Shown: piece after piece, positions 14,735 through 23,124 of the stretch
Layout of the letters: the number at the start of each line of letters is the position of its first letter
How positions within the stretch are numbered: the stretch's first letter is position 1
From: a virus
Taxonomy: Duplodnaviria > Caudoviricetes
DNA length: 25,761 bases
Direction: 5' to 3' (one strand)
IMG/VR virus record: IMGVR_UViG_3300047479_000021
Coordinates: 1-25,761 of that record
Notes under the pieces: model-generated
What the model was told of the DNA's origin: nothing
Databases searched by the model: none
The model's input: the letters and a program-made list of their open reading frames with translations, nothing else
Program-made: the position numbers and the translations under genes

Positions 14735-16408
14735 ATGAAAACTTGGTCGGATTTTGGCATACAGATTGAACCGGGCGCATCGGGCCACACCCGCACCACC
14801 TGTCCCTCATGTTCACCTGACCGGCGTAAAGCATCCGCCAAGTGTCTGTCGGTTGAGATCGGGGAAGGCATCGCCTATTGCCACCATTGCGGAAAGTCTT
14901 TCAGTCTGAATGGGCGCGACCACGAATCGGTTGTCATCTATTTCGCAAGACCAGTTTACAAGCCTACCGATCTTCCCAGCACGATTCAGGACCGCTTCGC
15001 CAAACGCGGGATTCCAAAATCAATCCTTGAAATGAACCAGATCGGATACGGAAAGCGGTATTTCAACAAAGTCGAAAAGGCGGTTATCCAGTTCCCGTAT
15101 ATCAAAGACGGCCAGACGGTGAACATCAAGCATCGGGCGGAAAACAAGGAGTTCCAGCAGGAAAAGAACGCCGAGAAGTGCCTGTATCGCTTTGATGAAA
15201 TATCAAAACTTGAAGGCGAAACTTTGATAATTACCGAGGGAGAGATTGACGCCCTATCGGTTCAGACGGCCGGGTTCAACATGGTCAGCTCCATCCCCGA
15301 TGGGGCACCATCTGCTGATGCGAAGTCCTTTGCGACCAAATTTGATTTTTTGAAATCGGCCGAGGTGATCATTCAGGGATACCCAAAAGTAATTCTGGCG
15401 ATGGACAACGATGCACCTGGGAAACTGGCAGAACGGGAACTCGCTCGACGGATTGGGGCCGAGAAATGTTATCGGGTGGAATACCCTGCCGGTTGTAAGG
15501 ACGCGAACGATGTCCTAGTGAAATACGGCAAGGACCGGCTTAAACAGGTCATCGAGTTGGCAACACCCTTCCCTGTGGAAGGATTGTTTAGTGCCGGGGA
15601 TTTTAAATGTGAGTTAGAAAACCTATATGATTGCGGCGACCAGCGGGGATTATCGACGGGGTGGCTGACGGTGGATGAACTTTATACCGTAAGATCCCAT
15701 GAGTTTACGGTGGTTACAGGCATCCCCAGCCACGGCAAATCTAACTTTGTCGATGCTTTGGCGGTAAACCTGATGGAGAATCACGGGTGGAAGTTCCTTT
15801 TTTTCAGCCCTGAAAACTGGCCGGTTGAAAAGCACATTCAAAGCCTGATTGAGAAAGTATCTCAAAAACCATTTTCAAAACGCCATAGCAATATCGATCG
15901 ATTGACCAAAGCAGAATCACTTGAACATCTTGAAGATATAAAACAATTTATGTTTTTCCTTTATCCAGACGAAGGCACACCGACTTTGGATCAAGTGCTT
16001 GAAAAGGCGCGAGCTGCTGTGTTCCGGTATGGAGTCAATGGAGTGGTCATCGATCCATGGAATGAGTTGGATCACCAGTACGAAAACATGACCGAAGCTC
16101 AATACTTGAGCAAACAGCTTTCCAAAATACGCCAGTTTGCCAGGCGCAATGGGGTGCATATCTGGCTCGTAGCACATCCCCGCAATCTCATAAAAGACAA
16201 AGATGGAAGCTACAAACCACCGACTATGTATGAAATATCGGGTGGGGCACACTGGCGCAATAAGGCCGACAATGGAATCTGCCTTTACCGCGCCAATTTT
16301 GAAAACGACATTACGACACTTTTTGTCCAAAAAATTAGATTCAAGGAAACTGGTAAAATTGGAAATGTAGATTTGAAATATATTCGGGATAATGGACGTT
16401 ATATTTAA
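14735..16408 (+). CDS. Bifunctional primase-helicase (T7 gp4/Twinkle-like)
   Basis: Zinc finger CPSC...CHHC; TOPRIM ITEGEIDALS, DNDAPG, KDANDVL; SF4 helicase TGIPSHGKS, VIDPWNEL, LVAHPR. Confidence 0.92.
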   Translation: MKTWSDFGIQIEPGASGHTRTTCPSCSPDRRKASAKCLSVEIGEGIAYCHHCGKSFSLNGRDHESVVIYFARPVYKPTDLPSTIQDRFAKRGIPKSILEMNQIGYGKRYFNKVEKAVIQFPYIKDGQTVNIKHRAENKEFQQEKNAEKCLYRFDEISKLEGETLIITEGEIDALSVQTAGFNMVSSIPDGAPSADAKSFATKFDFLKSAEVIIQGYPKVILAMDNDAPGKLAERELARRIGAEKCYRVEYPAGCKDANDVLVKYGKDRLKQVIELATPFPVEGLFSAGDFKCELENLYDCGDQRGLSTGWLTVDELYTVRSHEFTVVTGIPSHGKSNFVDALAVNLMENHGWKFLFFSPENWPVEKHIQSLIEKVSQKPFSKRHSNIDRLTKAESLEHLEDIKQFMFFLYPDEGTPTLDQVLEKARAAVFRYGVNGVVIDPWNELDHQYENMTEAQYLSKQLSKIRQFARRNGVHIWLVAHPRNLIKDKDGSYKPPTMYEISGGAHWRNKADNGICLYRANFENDITTLFVQKIRFKETGKIGNVDLKYIRDNGRYI

Positions 16409-16477
16409 CCAACCGCTGCCGGGGATGGGATGGAAATGAGATGACAACTCGCAAGCGCCAGCCGAAGCAGGTGTGCC

Positions 16478-16768
16478 ATGGGTAAAAAACTTCCCTACAC
16501 ACCCAACAGCCAGATTAGAACCGCCCTGCGCCGGCTGTGGCTGCGCTCGAGGGAACGGCAATCGGCATTAAAGCGTGACAAATACACCTGCTGCCGCTGC
16601 GGAGCGAAGCAATCCAAGGCCAAAGGCAGGGAGGTTGCGGTTGAAGTCCATCACAAGGACGGGGTGCCTAATTGGGAAGAACTATTCATCACCATCAGGA
16701 TGTTTCTATTGACGGACCCTGAAGATTTAGAAACGCTTTGCGAAACGTGCCATGGTAAGGAGGACTAA
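16478..16768 (+). CDS. Small HNH endonuclease-like protein
   Basis: ALKRDKYTCCRCG...VEVHHKDG...LETLCETCH. Confidence 0.75.
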   Translation: MGKKLPYTPNSQIRTALRRLWLRSRERQSALKRDKYTCCRCGAKQSKAKGREVAVEVHHKDGVPNWEELFITIRMFLLTDPEDLETLCETCHGKED

Positions 16769-17110
16769 ATGACAAACTGCCTCTGGTGTGAAAGCGACAA
16801 AGAAGGCCATCGGGTAGAGAAGGGAAAGGACTTTGTGTGTAGCTCATGCGTCCAGATGCTTCTATCCTATCCCCAGGAAGCCTTGCAGAAAACATATCAA
16901 AAGTGCCTGCGAATGAAATACGACCGCAAGGCGAACGCACTTGAAACATTTTTGGAGGAGGTCGATTATGGCAGAATGGACACAGGAAATCGTCAACAAT
17001 CCGATGACAGGCAAGGGGTTATTGATAGCTGCGACGATGCTGGAAAAAGAACTGGCCGAGGCGTTAGGTCTACCATTGGGTACCGTGCGCCGGCTACGGT
17101 ACGAGGGTGA
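16769..17110 (+). CDS. Hypothetical zinc-binding protein
   Basis: SD AGGAGG; CLWC and CSSC motifs; 3' part overlaps the next gene. Confidence 0.55.
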   Translation: MTNCLWCESDKEGHRVEKGKDFVCSSCVQMLLSYPQEALQKTYQKCLRMKYDRKANALETFLEEVDYGRMDTGNRQQSDDRQGVIDSCDDAGKRTGRGVRSTIGYRAPATVRG

Positions 17111-17261
17111 AATACCCTACGTCATGATTGGCAGGGGACGGCCGATTTATCTTGCTGAGTCGATAATTGCCTGGCTCAAGCGTAAGGAGGTTTCAGATTC
17201 TGATGGAACAGACACAATAGAGGGCTTATACATACCCAACAAGGGCGTTCCAGAGCCTTAG
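16968..17261 (+). CDS. Excisionase/MerR-like HTH DNA-binding protein
   Basis: SD GGAGGAGG before ATG 16968; EKELAEALGLPLGTVRRLRYEGEIPYVMIGRGRPIYLAESIIAWL. Confidence 0.72.
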   Translation: MAEWTQEIVNNPMTGKGLLIAATMLEKELAEALGLPLGTVRRLRYEGEIPYVMIGRGRPIYLAESIIAWLKRKEVSDSDGTDTIEGLYIPNKGVPEP

Positions 17262-17340
17262 AACGGCTTTCCGAAGCCTTCAATTTTGGGGTAGGTATAA
17301 ACGGCTATACCAGCCAAAACAACGCAAAGGAGGCCCGCTA

Positions 17341-17610
17341 ATGCCACGCTACAGCGACCAGTATCTTGAGATCTACGGCCGGAAAATCTCTGCCATGTGT
17401 CCCAAATGCGGCCGGGAGCACAAATTGCGCGAGAATTGGACGGGCCGTGGCAAAATGCGTAAATTCTGCCCACGCTTCCGGGCCACCATAGACCGCAACT
17501 CTGCGCTGTCGTCGGACGATATCGAGCACACCGGAGGACCAATCGGACGTCGAATACACCAAGCACAAGAGGCCCCGAGCATGTTACCACTGATACCACA
17601 ATACAGATAG
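17341..17610 (+). CDS. Hypothetical Cys-motif protein
   Basis: SD AGGAGG; CPKC motif and FCPR. Confidence 0.5.
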   Translation: MPRYSDQYLEIYGRKISAMCPKCGREHKLRENWTGRGKMRKFCPRFRATIDRNSALSSDDIEHTGGPIGRRIHQAQEAPSMLPLIPQYR

Positions 17611-17621
17611 GAGGAGGATAA

Positions 17622-17954
17622 ATGAAAAAGCTAATCATTATCGCATGTTTGATGCTCACCGCCTGCGCCGGGATGACGCAAGCTCAGCAGGCTCCAGCAC
17701 CAAGCAAGCCGCAGCCGGCATCCGCGGCAGAGCCTGTACTGCCACCCGACAACATCACCGTCACACTCCCGCGGTGGCCAGGTGTCTATGCCTACCATTC
17801 AAAAGACCCGGAGGCCATTATCATCATGTCGGTCAAGGAACCTGACAAGTTTCCGGTCCCGAGTAAGTTTACTTTCAAACGCAAGGATGGTACATCCATT
17901 GAGGTGCCGCTGCTACAGCCGGATAAGGCACCAGATAAAGGAAAAGTACAATGA
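17622..17954 (+). CDS. Predicted lipoprotein
   Basis: SD AGGAGGAGG; MKKLIIIACLMLTA-C lipobox; Pro/Ala/Gln-rich linker. Confidence 0.7.
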   Translation: MKKLIIIACLMLTACAGMTQAQQAPAPSKPQPASAAEPVLPPDNITVTLPRWPGVYAYHSKDPEAIIIMSVKEPDKFPVPSKFTFKRKDGTSIEVPLLQPDKAPDKGKVQ

Positions 17955-18115
17955 AAAAATTAATTAAGGCATCTGAAATAATTGAATATAATAGATCGTA
18001 TAATAAATTTTGGATAAATCAAATTAAAAATATGGAATACAAATTTGTATCACCAATTATAAATGCGCTAAAAAAATCTATAAATAAAATAAATTCTAAT
18101 ACTACAGCCGGATAA
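17951..18115 (+). CDS. Very AT-rich small hypothetical protein (54 aa, below track cutoff)
   Basis: ATGA overlap; hand translation MKKLIKASEIIEYNRSYNKFWINQIKNMEYKFVSPIINALKKSINKINSNTTAG; ends inside a 15-bp repeat. Confidence 0.45.
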   Translation: MKKLIKASEIIEYNRSYNKFWINQIKNMEYKFVSPIINALKKSINKINSNTTAG

Positions 18116-18138
18116 GAAACCATGAAATGAGGTGATGT

Positions 18139-18306
18139 GTGGAAAAGAAAATATATACCTATCGGGGTGTTGAAATAGACACAATGAGCAGGGAAGAACT
18201 TATCAAAGTTCTTGAATTTGCAATCAATGAGATTGATGAAATTCGATCAAGACATCATGATGATTTACAATTTTTGTGTTCACTTAAAAATATTAAAATG
18301 AGGTGA
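18139..18306 (+). CDS. AT-rich small hypothetical protein (55 aa, below track cutoff)
   Basis: SD GAGGTG then GTG; MEKKIYTYRGVEIDTMSREELIKVLEFAINEIDEIRSRHHDDLQFLCSLKNIKMR; ends inside a 13-bp repeat. Confidence 0.55.
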   Translation: MEKKIYTYRGVEIDTMSREELIKVLEFAINEIDEIRSRHHDDLQFLCSLKNIKMR

Positions 18307-18315
18307 TGCACTCAC

Positions 18316-18557
18316 GGGTTCAAGCGTATCGGTTAGCGCGCCGATGCTATAAATTTGCGCTGTCCAGAGCGGCCTTTGGCCGTATATCCCCGCTACCAGT
18401 GCGCAAGCACGGGCTGAACGGATAAGTAGCAGGATAACGGCAATCCTGCTCGGGCTGGGTGAAGTGGTGCCTGGAAGCCCTTTTGTCCGTTAATGAACGA
18501 CCGAAAACGACCGAGACGGCGTTGGTCAGAAGCCTCCCGAACCAATGGGGGGCTTTC
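18316..18557 (+). ncRNA. Candidate multi-stem non-coding RNA
   Basis: GC-rich region without a credible gene, densely covered by stems, several with G-U pairs on the + strand; ends in hairpin AAGCCTCCC/GGGGGGCTT. Confidence 0.5.
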
Positions 18558-18628
18558 CATTCCCTCCCTCAACTCCCTCAACAGCGTTAATCAAAAAAAC
18601 ATAAAAACAATAACAGATTAAAAAAAGA

Positions 18629-18658
18629 TTGACTTTATCTTAACTGTTAGTTTATAAT
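18629..18658 (+). promoter_or_regulatory. Sigma70 promoter of the packaging/head operon with the same operator as 13258
   Basis: TTGACT (18629-18634), 18-bp spacer containing AACT-GTT-AGTT, TATAAT (18653-18658); A-rich upstream tract. Confidence 0.82.
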
Positions 18659-18757
18659 ATATCTATCGGGGAATCCTCCACCCCGTAACGCACCTCGTCA
18701 GCCGGGGGTCAGTACGCTAACTGGCCCTCGGCATTAACTTATTGCAAATGTTGGATT

Positions 18758-19255
18758 ATGGTAGATCAAAGTAAAGAAAAAAATCCTAATTGGAACGGTG
18801 GTAGAACAATTAGGCCAGATGGTTATGTCCATGTTTTAGTGGATGGTGAACATCATAGAAAAAACTCTCGCGGGTATGTGATGGAACATATCTTAATCGT
18901 TGAATCGGTATTGGGTAAAGAATTTAAACACCCAAATAGGATTCACCACATAAACGGAGATCGTTCGGACAATAGAAAAGAAAATTTAGTAGTTTGTGAA
19001 AATGAAAGATATCACCAACTGCTACACACACGAACAAGAGCTTTAAAAGAAAGCGGAAGCGTAAACAATAGAAAGTGTAAGTTTTGCAAGTGTTATGGAG
19101 AACCAAAAGAGTTATCTGGGTATCACAACCCTAAAAATGGTAGCGATGACTATTATCACCCGAAATGTGCCGCAAAAGCTGTTATGAAAAGATATCACAA
19201 TAAAAGAAATATTTTACAGGAAAAATATGAAGTACGACAAGGGGAAAACAGGTAA
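18758..19255 (+). CDS. HNH homing-endonuclease-like protein
   Basis: NPNWNGGR..DGY..RGYVMEHILIVE..LG..IHHINGDRSDNRKENL..H..LH; AT-rich. Confidence 0.85.
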   Translation: MVDQSKEKNPNWNGGRTIRPDGYVHVLVDGEHHRKNSRGYVMEHILIVESVLGKEFKHPNRIHHINGDRSDNRKENLVVCENERYHQLLHTRTRALKESGSVNNRKCKFCKCYGEPKELSGYHNPKNGSDDYYHPKCAAKAVMKRYHNKRNILQEKYEVRQGENR

Positions 19256-19478
19256 TAAAGCTGGACGCCCCAAAGGTGCCAAGAATAAAGTACCTCATGA
19301 TATTGTTAAAAAAATACTTGATGTTACGAATTCTTTAGAAAAACAAGGAAAGGGTTTAAAAGATTGCGCTGAAGAAGATCCGGCTTGGTTTTATTCCAAT
19401 TTTTTAAAGGGATTAATACCTAAAAATGTGGATTTAACCGTTGCTGGAGATTTGACAATAAAGTGGCAACAGTCATAG
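19227..19478 (+). CDS. terS: Terminase small subunit (putative)
   Basis: KGKTGNKAGRPKGAKNK N-terminal motif; immediately upstream of and overlapping terL. Confidence 0.65.
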   Translation: MKYDKGKTGNKAGRPKGAKNKVPHDIVKKILDVTNSLEKQGKGLKDCAEEDPAWFYSNFLKGLIPKNVDLTVAGDLTIKWQQS

Positions 19479-20779
19479 AGATACCATATAAACCACGAGA
19501 AACTCAAAAAAAAATCCACGCAGGGATTGAATCTCATAGATTTTCGGTTGTGGTCGCTCATAGAAGACTGGGCAAAACAGTCTGCGTTGTAAATCACCTC
19601 ATCAAGCAAGCCTGCCTTTGCACTAAGATCAGCCCTCGCTTCGGTTACATTGCTCCATTTCGTGAACAGGCGAAGTTGATCGCCTGGGATTATCTCAAGC
19701 GTTTCACCTCACCGATACCTGGCACGAAGGCCAACGAGTCGGACCTCACCGTTACACTCCCCAACAAAGCCGTCATTCGCATCTTCGGTGCCGACAACCC
19801 CGACGCCCTCCGCGGCATGTACTTTGACGGTGTGGTAATGGACGAAGTCGCGCAGATGAAACCCGACGTTTGGGATGAGATCATCACGCCGGCATTAGCT
19901 GACAGAAAAGGTTTTGCCGTGTTCATTGGCACCCCGAAGGGACTCAATAAGTTCTATGAGATTTATCAGACTGGATTAAAAGACCCCGATTGGTACGCGG
20001 CGCTGTTTGACATCACCAACACCGATGCGCTGGACCCTGAAGAAATCGAGCTTCAGCGCTCCATCATGCCGCCTAACAAGTTTCGTCAAGAGTATATGTG
20101 CGACTTCGCGGCCAGTGTCGAGGATGCGCTCATTTCGATCGACTTGGTATCGGCAGCTTACGGAAAAGTGATTCACGAGTCGATGTACAAGACTGCGCCT
20201 GTTATCCTCGGGGTGGACGTTGCCCGCTTCGGTGATGACAAGTCAATTATCTATGCCCGCCAGGGTTTAGCTACGCTCCAGGTTAGAAAGTTCCACGGCA
20301 TCGACCTGTATCAATTCTCTGAAAACGTGATGCACAGCATGAACGAACACAATCCGGACGGGGTATTCATCGATGTTGTGGGTCTCGGGGCCGGTGTGGT
20401 CGATATGCTGCGGCATAAAAACTTCAACGTAACGGGAATCAATGTCGGCAGCAAGCCGTCACAGGAATCGCAATTCGTCAACAAGCGTGCTGAAATCTGG
20501 TGGCGGATGCGCGAATGGCTTGAGATGGGCGGCGGCATCCCTGAAGATCCCGAGCTTCGCCTTGAGCTTGTGACCCCGCTTTACAGCTACGATGCGGCCA
20601 ACAGAATCAAGTTAGAGAAAAAAGAGGACATGAAAGCCAGGCGCGAAGCATCTCCTGATACCGCAGACGCTCTGGCGCTGACATTCTCGCAACCTGTAAC
20701 CAAGCGCCGGCCGGAGTTTTTAAACAAACCTAAAATTTGGGAACCGTGGGCAATTTTGCAGGATCAAAGGAGCATATGA
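19463..20779 (+). CDS. terL: Terminase large subunit
   Basis: Walker A HRRLGKT, GADNPDALRG, Walker B VVMDE, GTPKG, nuclease GVDVARFGDD and SPDTADALALTF. Confidence 0.95.
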   Translation: MATVIEIPYKPRETQKKIHAGIESHRFSVVVAHRRLGKTVCVVNHLIKQACLCTKISPRFGYIAPFREQAKLIAWDYLKRFTSPIPGTKANESDLTVTLPNKAVIRIFGADNPDALRGMYFDGVVMDEVAQMKPDVWDEIITPALADRKGFAVFIGTPKGLNKFYEIYQTGLKDPDWYAALFDITNTDALDPEEIELQRSIMPPNKFRQEYMCDFAASVEDALISIDLVSAAYGKVIHESMYKTAPVILGVDVARFGDDKSIIYARQGLATLQVRKFHGIDLYQFSENVMHSMNEHNPDGVFIDVVGLGAGVVDMLRHKNFNVTGINVGSKPSQESQFVNKRAEIWWRMREWLEMGGGIPEDPELRLELVTPLYSYDAANRIKLEKKEDMKARREASPDTADALALTFSQPVTKRRPEFLNKPKIWEPWAILQDQRSI

Positions 20780-20780
20780 C

Positions 20781-21182
20781 ATGGGATTATCATTCAATCC
20801 GAAAAAGATTTTCTCTAAGCGCGGGCTGCAAAGCCTCTTGGTGACAGGTGGTATGCTACCCGGCGTTGACATCGCCATCACTCAGGATCAGGGCAACAAG
20901 CTCTATGAGGACATCCACAAGGGGCTGGGAAACCTTGTTACTGGTGGCTATATCGCGCAGAAGGAAGCCACCGAAGAAACCAAGAAGGCCCGCGATCAGG
21001 CACAGCAACAATACGCCGCCGAGACTGCCGCGGCACAGGAAACGGCCCGCAAGATTGCCGAAACGGAAGAAGAACGCAAGCGTAGGCTCGCCATGGCAGG
21101 AACGCAGATGCCATCAACTCTTTACGGGTCATACCTTGGCATACCAGGCCGCGTGAACCAGAGCAGGTCGCTATTGGGATGA
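20781..21182 (+). CDS. Small virion-associated protein (putative)
   Basis: Between terL and portal; coiled coil and terminal SLLG as seen in podophage genes at this position. Confidence 0.6.
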   Translation: MGLSFNPKKIFSKRGLQSLLVTGGMLPGVDIAITQDQGNKLYEDIHKGLGNLVTGGYIAQKEATEETKKARDQAQQQYAAETAAAQETARKIAETEEERKRRLAMAGTQMPSTLYGSYLGIPGRVNQSRSLLG

Positions 21183-21412
21183 GTGTCATTGCCGCTTCCA
21201 TAGAGGTGCGTTACAAACGCTCAATATCAGCCGAGCTTGATACGGCTATCGAAAAGGCCAAAACAGACAAGGTTGAGATCGAATGCTTTGTGTTGAACGA
21301 TTCTGATTTTTATTCGATCATAAAGGAAATAGGCGGGTCTCTATCATACGACAAGATGAGTAATTCGTATAACATAAAATATAAAGACATCCCGGTTTTT
21401 AAGAAGGTATAA
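21179..21412 (+). CDS. Hypothetical protein (77 aa, AT-richer)
   Basis: ATGA overlap upstream and TAATG overlap with the portal. Confidence 0.55.
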   Translation: MSVIAASIEVRYKRSISAELDTAIEKAKTDKVEIECFVLNDSDFYSIIKEIGGSLSYDKMSNSYNIKYKDIPVFKKV

Positions 21413-23124
21413 TGCCTACAGATACCGTAATACACGATTCAGAAGACAACGCCTATGGCGGTGCGTTTGCCAACCGCAATGACCGCTATACGCGCAATTT
21501 CAAACAGCTTGACAGTCAATACGATGTCTGGAAGTCGGCTTACAAAGAAGTGGCTGACTACATCGCGTTGGGACGCGGCAGGTTTGAGGATTACGGCACC
21601 AATCCTAACCAAAAGAGCAAAGCGGCAAGCAAAGTTATCAACAACACGGCAACCGACGCCCTGCACATGCTCGGAGCGGGACTGCACGGCGGGCTATCGT
21701 CGCCGGCGCGTCCGTGGTTTCAGTTGGGCTTTGTCGATGAGGCCATGAACAGCTTCGGCACTTACAAGGCGTGGCTCGATGATTGCGAAAAGGTCATGTA
21801 CGCCGCTTTCAAGCGAAGCAACTTTTATACCATAATCCATGGAGTGTACGAGGAGATAGGGGCTTTTGGCACCGGCGCGATGCTGGTGGACGAAGACCCT
21901 GCCCACGGTATCCTGTTTCACCCATTCACGGTAGGGGACTACCGTTTCAGCGTCAAGACGGATGGCCTTTGCCATTCGTTCTATCGCAAGTTTAAGATGC
22001 AGGCGTGCCAGATCGAGCAGTCATTCGGCAAGGCCGCCTGTTCTCCCAAAGTCCTACAGCTACTTCGCAACAATCCCTATGAGTGGGTCGAAGTCATGCA
22101 CGCGATTGAGCCGAACGCGGCGTATGACCCCAATATGCTTGACAGCAAGCCGTGGTCCTCAGTCTATTTCGAGACAAAGGAAAAGGAGCGCAGGCTTTCG
22201 GCTATCGGCTATCACGAAATGCCGGTAGTGGTCCCGCGCTGGCAGGCGTTGAGCCACGAGGCGTATGGTTGGGGGCCGGGGCTTGAATCGATAGGGCTTG
22301 CCAAAGCGATTCAAAGAATGGAAAAGCAAGCGTTCATGGCGTCTGACAAGATGCTTGACCCGCCATTGGCGCTGCCGTCTTCGATGAAAGACCGGATGCT
22401 TGACCTGTCACCTGGCGGAAAGAACATATACGACGAAGCCAACGCCAAAGTGCAGAACATGGTGACGATACATCCCGTGGCGCTACAGGTCTACCGCGAG
22501 AACATAAACGCCATTGAGGCCAAGATCCGCAGAAACTTCCACAATGAACTGTTCCTGATGATCGCGAGCGAAGACCCGGCCAAGATGACGGCGACAGAAG
22601 TACTCGCTCGCAAAGAGGAAAAGATGCTCATGGTCGGGCCTACCATCGAGCGTCTGGAATATGAACACCTTGCGCCTATCGTTTCGCGTGTGTTTGCGAT
22701 CCTGGCCCGTCAGGGTAAGCTCCCGCCGCCGCCCCCGGACATTGCGAACGCTGAATACAAGATAGACTTTGTAAGCCTATTGGCACAGGCTCAGAAACTT
22801 ATAGGGGCGCAGTCGATTCAGGGATACCTGGGGCTTGCCGAGCGGGTGGCGGCGGTTGACCCCGGCAGTGTTGTCAAGACGAATTGGGACAAGTATCTCG
22901 ATGAGGCAGCCGACATGGTAAGCCTGCCGTCGAAGGTGGTACGCACCGACGACGAGGTGGGCGCTATCCGAAACCAGATGGCACAGCAGGCGGCACAGCA
23001 GCAGCAGCAGATGGCAATGGCGCAGGGGATTGAGAACGTAAACAAGCTCGGCAACACGCCGGCTGGTGAAGACACGGCTTTAGGCAAAATTGAAGCGGAA
23101 ACAGAAGGGAGGGGAACCGCATGA
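21412..23124 (+). CDS. Portal protein (T7-type head-to-tail connector)
   Basis: TATDALHMLGAGLHGGLSSPARPWF, SNFY, AFGTG, PRW...YGWGPG, MTATEV..RKEEK...GPTIERL, FVSLLAQAQK. Confidence 0.93.
   Translation: MPTDTVIHDSEDNAYGGAFANRNDRYTRNFKQLDSQYDVWKSAYKEVADYIALGRGRFEDYGTNPNQKSKAASKVINNTATDALHMLGAGLHGGLSSPARPWFQLGFVDEAMNSFGTYKAWLDDCEKVMYAAFKRSNFYTIIHGVYEEIGAFGTGAMLVDEDPAHGILFHPFTVGDYRFSVKTDGLCHSFYRKFKMQACQIEQSFGKAACSPKVLQLLRNNPYEWVEVMHAIEPNAAYDPNMLDSKPWSSVYFETKEKERRLSAIGYHEMPVVVPRWQALSHEAYGWGPGLESIGLAKAIQRMEKQAFMASDKMLDPPLALPSSMKDRMLDLSPGGKNIYDEANAKVQNMVTIHPVALQVYRENINAIEAKIRRNFHNELFLMIASEDPAKMTATEVLARKEEKMLMVGPTIERLEYEHLAPIVSRVFAILARQGKLPPPPPDIANAEYKIDFVSLLAQAQKLIGAQSIQGYLGLAERVAAVDPGSVVKTNWDKYLDEAADMVSLPSKVVRTDDEVGAIRNQMAQQAAQQQQQMAMAQGIENVNKLGNTPAGEDTALGKIEAETEGRGTA

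Noticed and set aside
16968-17110. 143-nt overlap of ORF 16769 with the HTH gene as a second dual-coding system
   Set aside because: The overlapping tail is featureless and is more simply explained by a lost stop codon.
18306-18425. 39-codon ORF across the structured region
   Set aside because: SD is directly adjacent to the ATG and the peptide has no features; RNA structure explains the region better.
18564-18581. Tandem CTCCCTCAA x2 as a pac/cos signal
   Set aside because: Only two copies and no independent evidence for a genome end.
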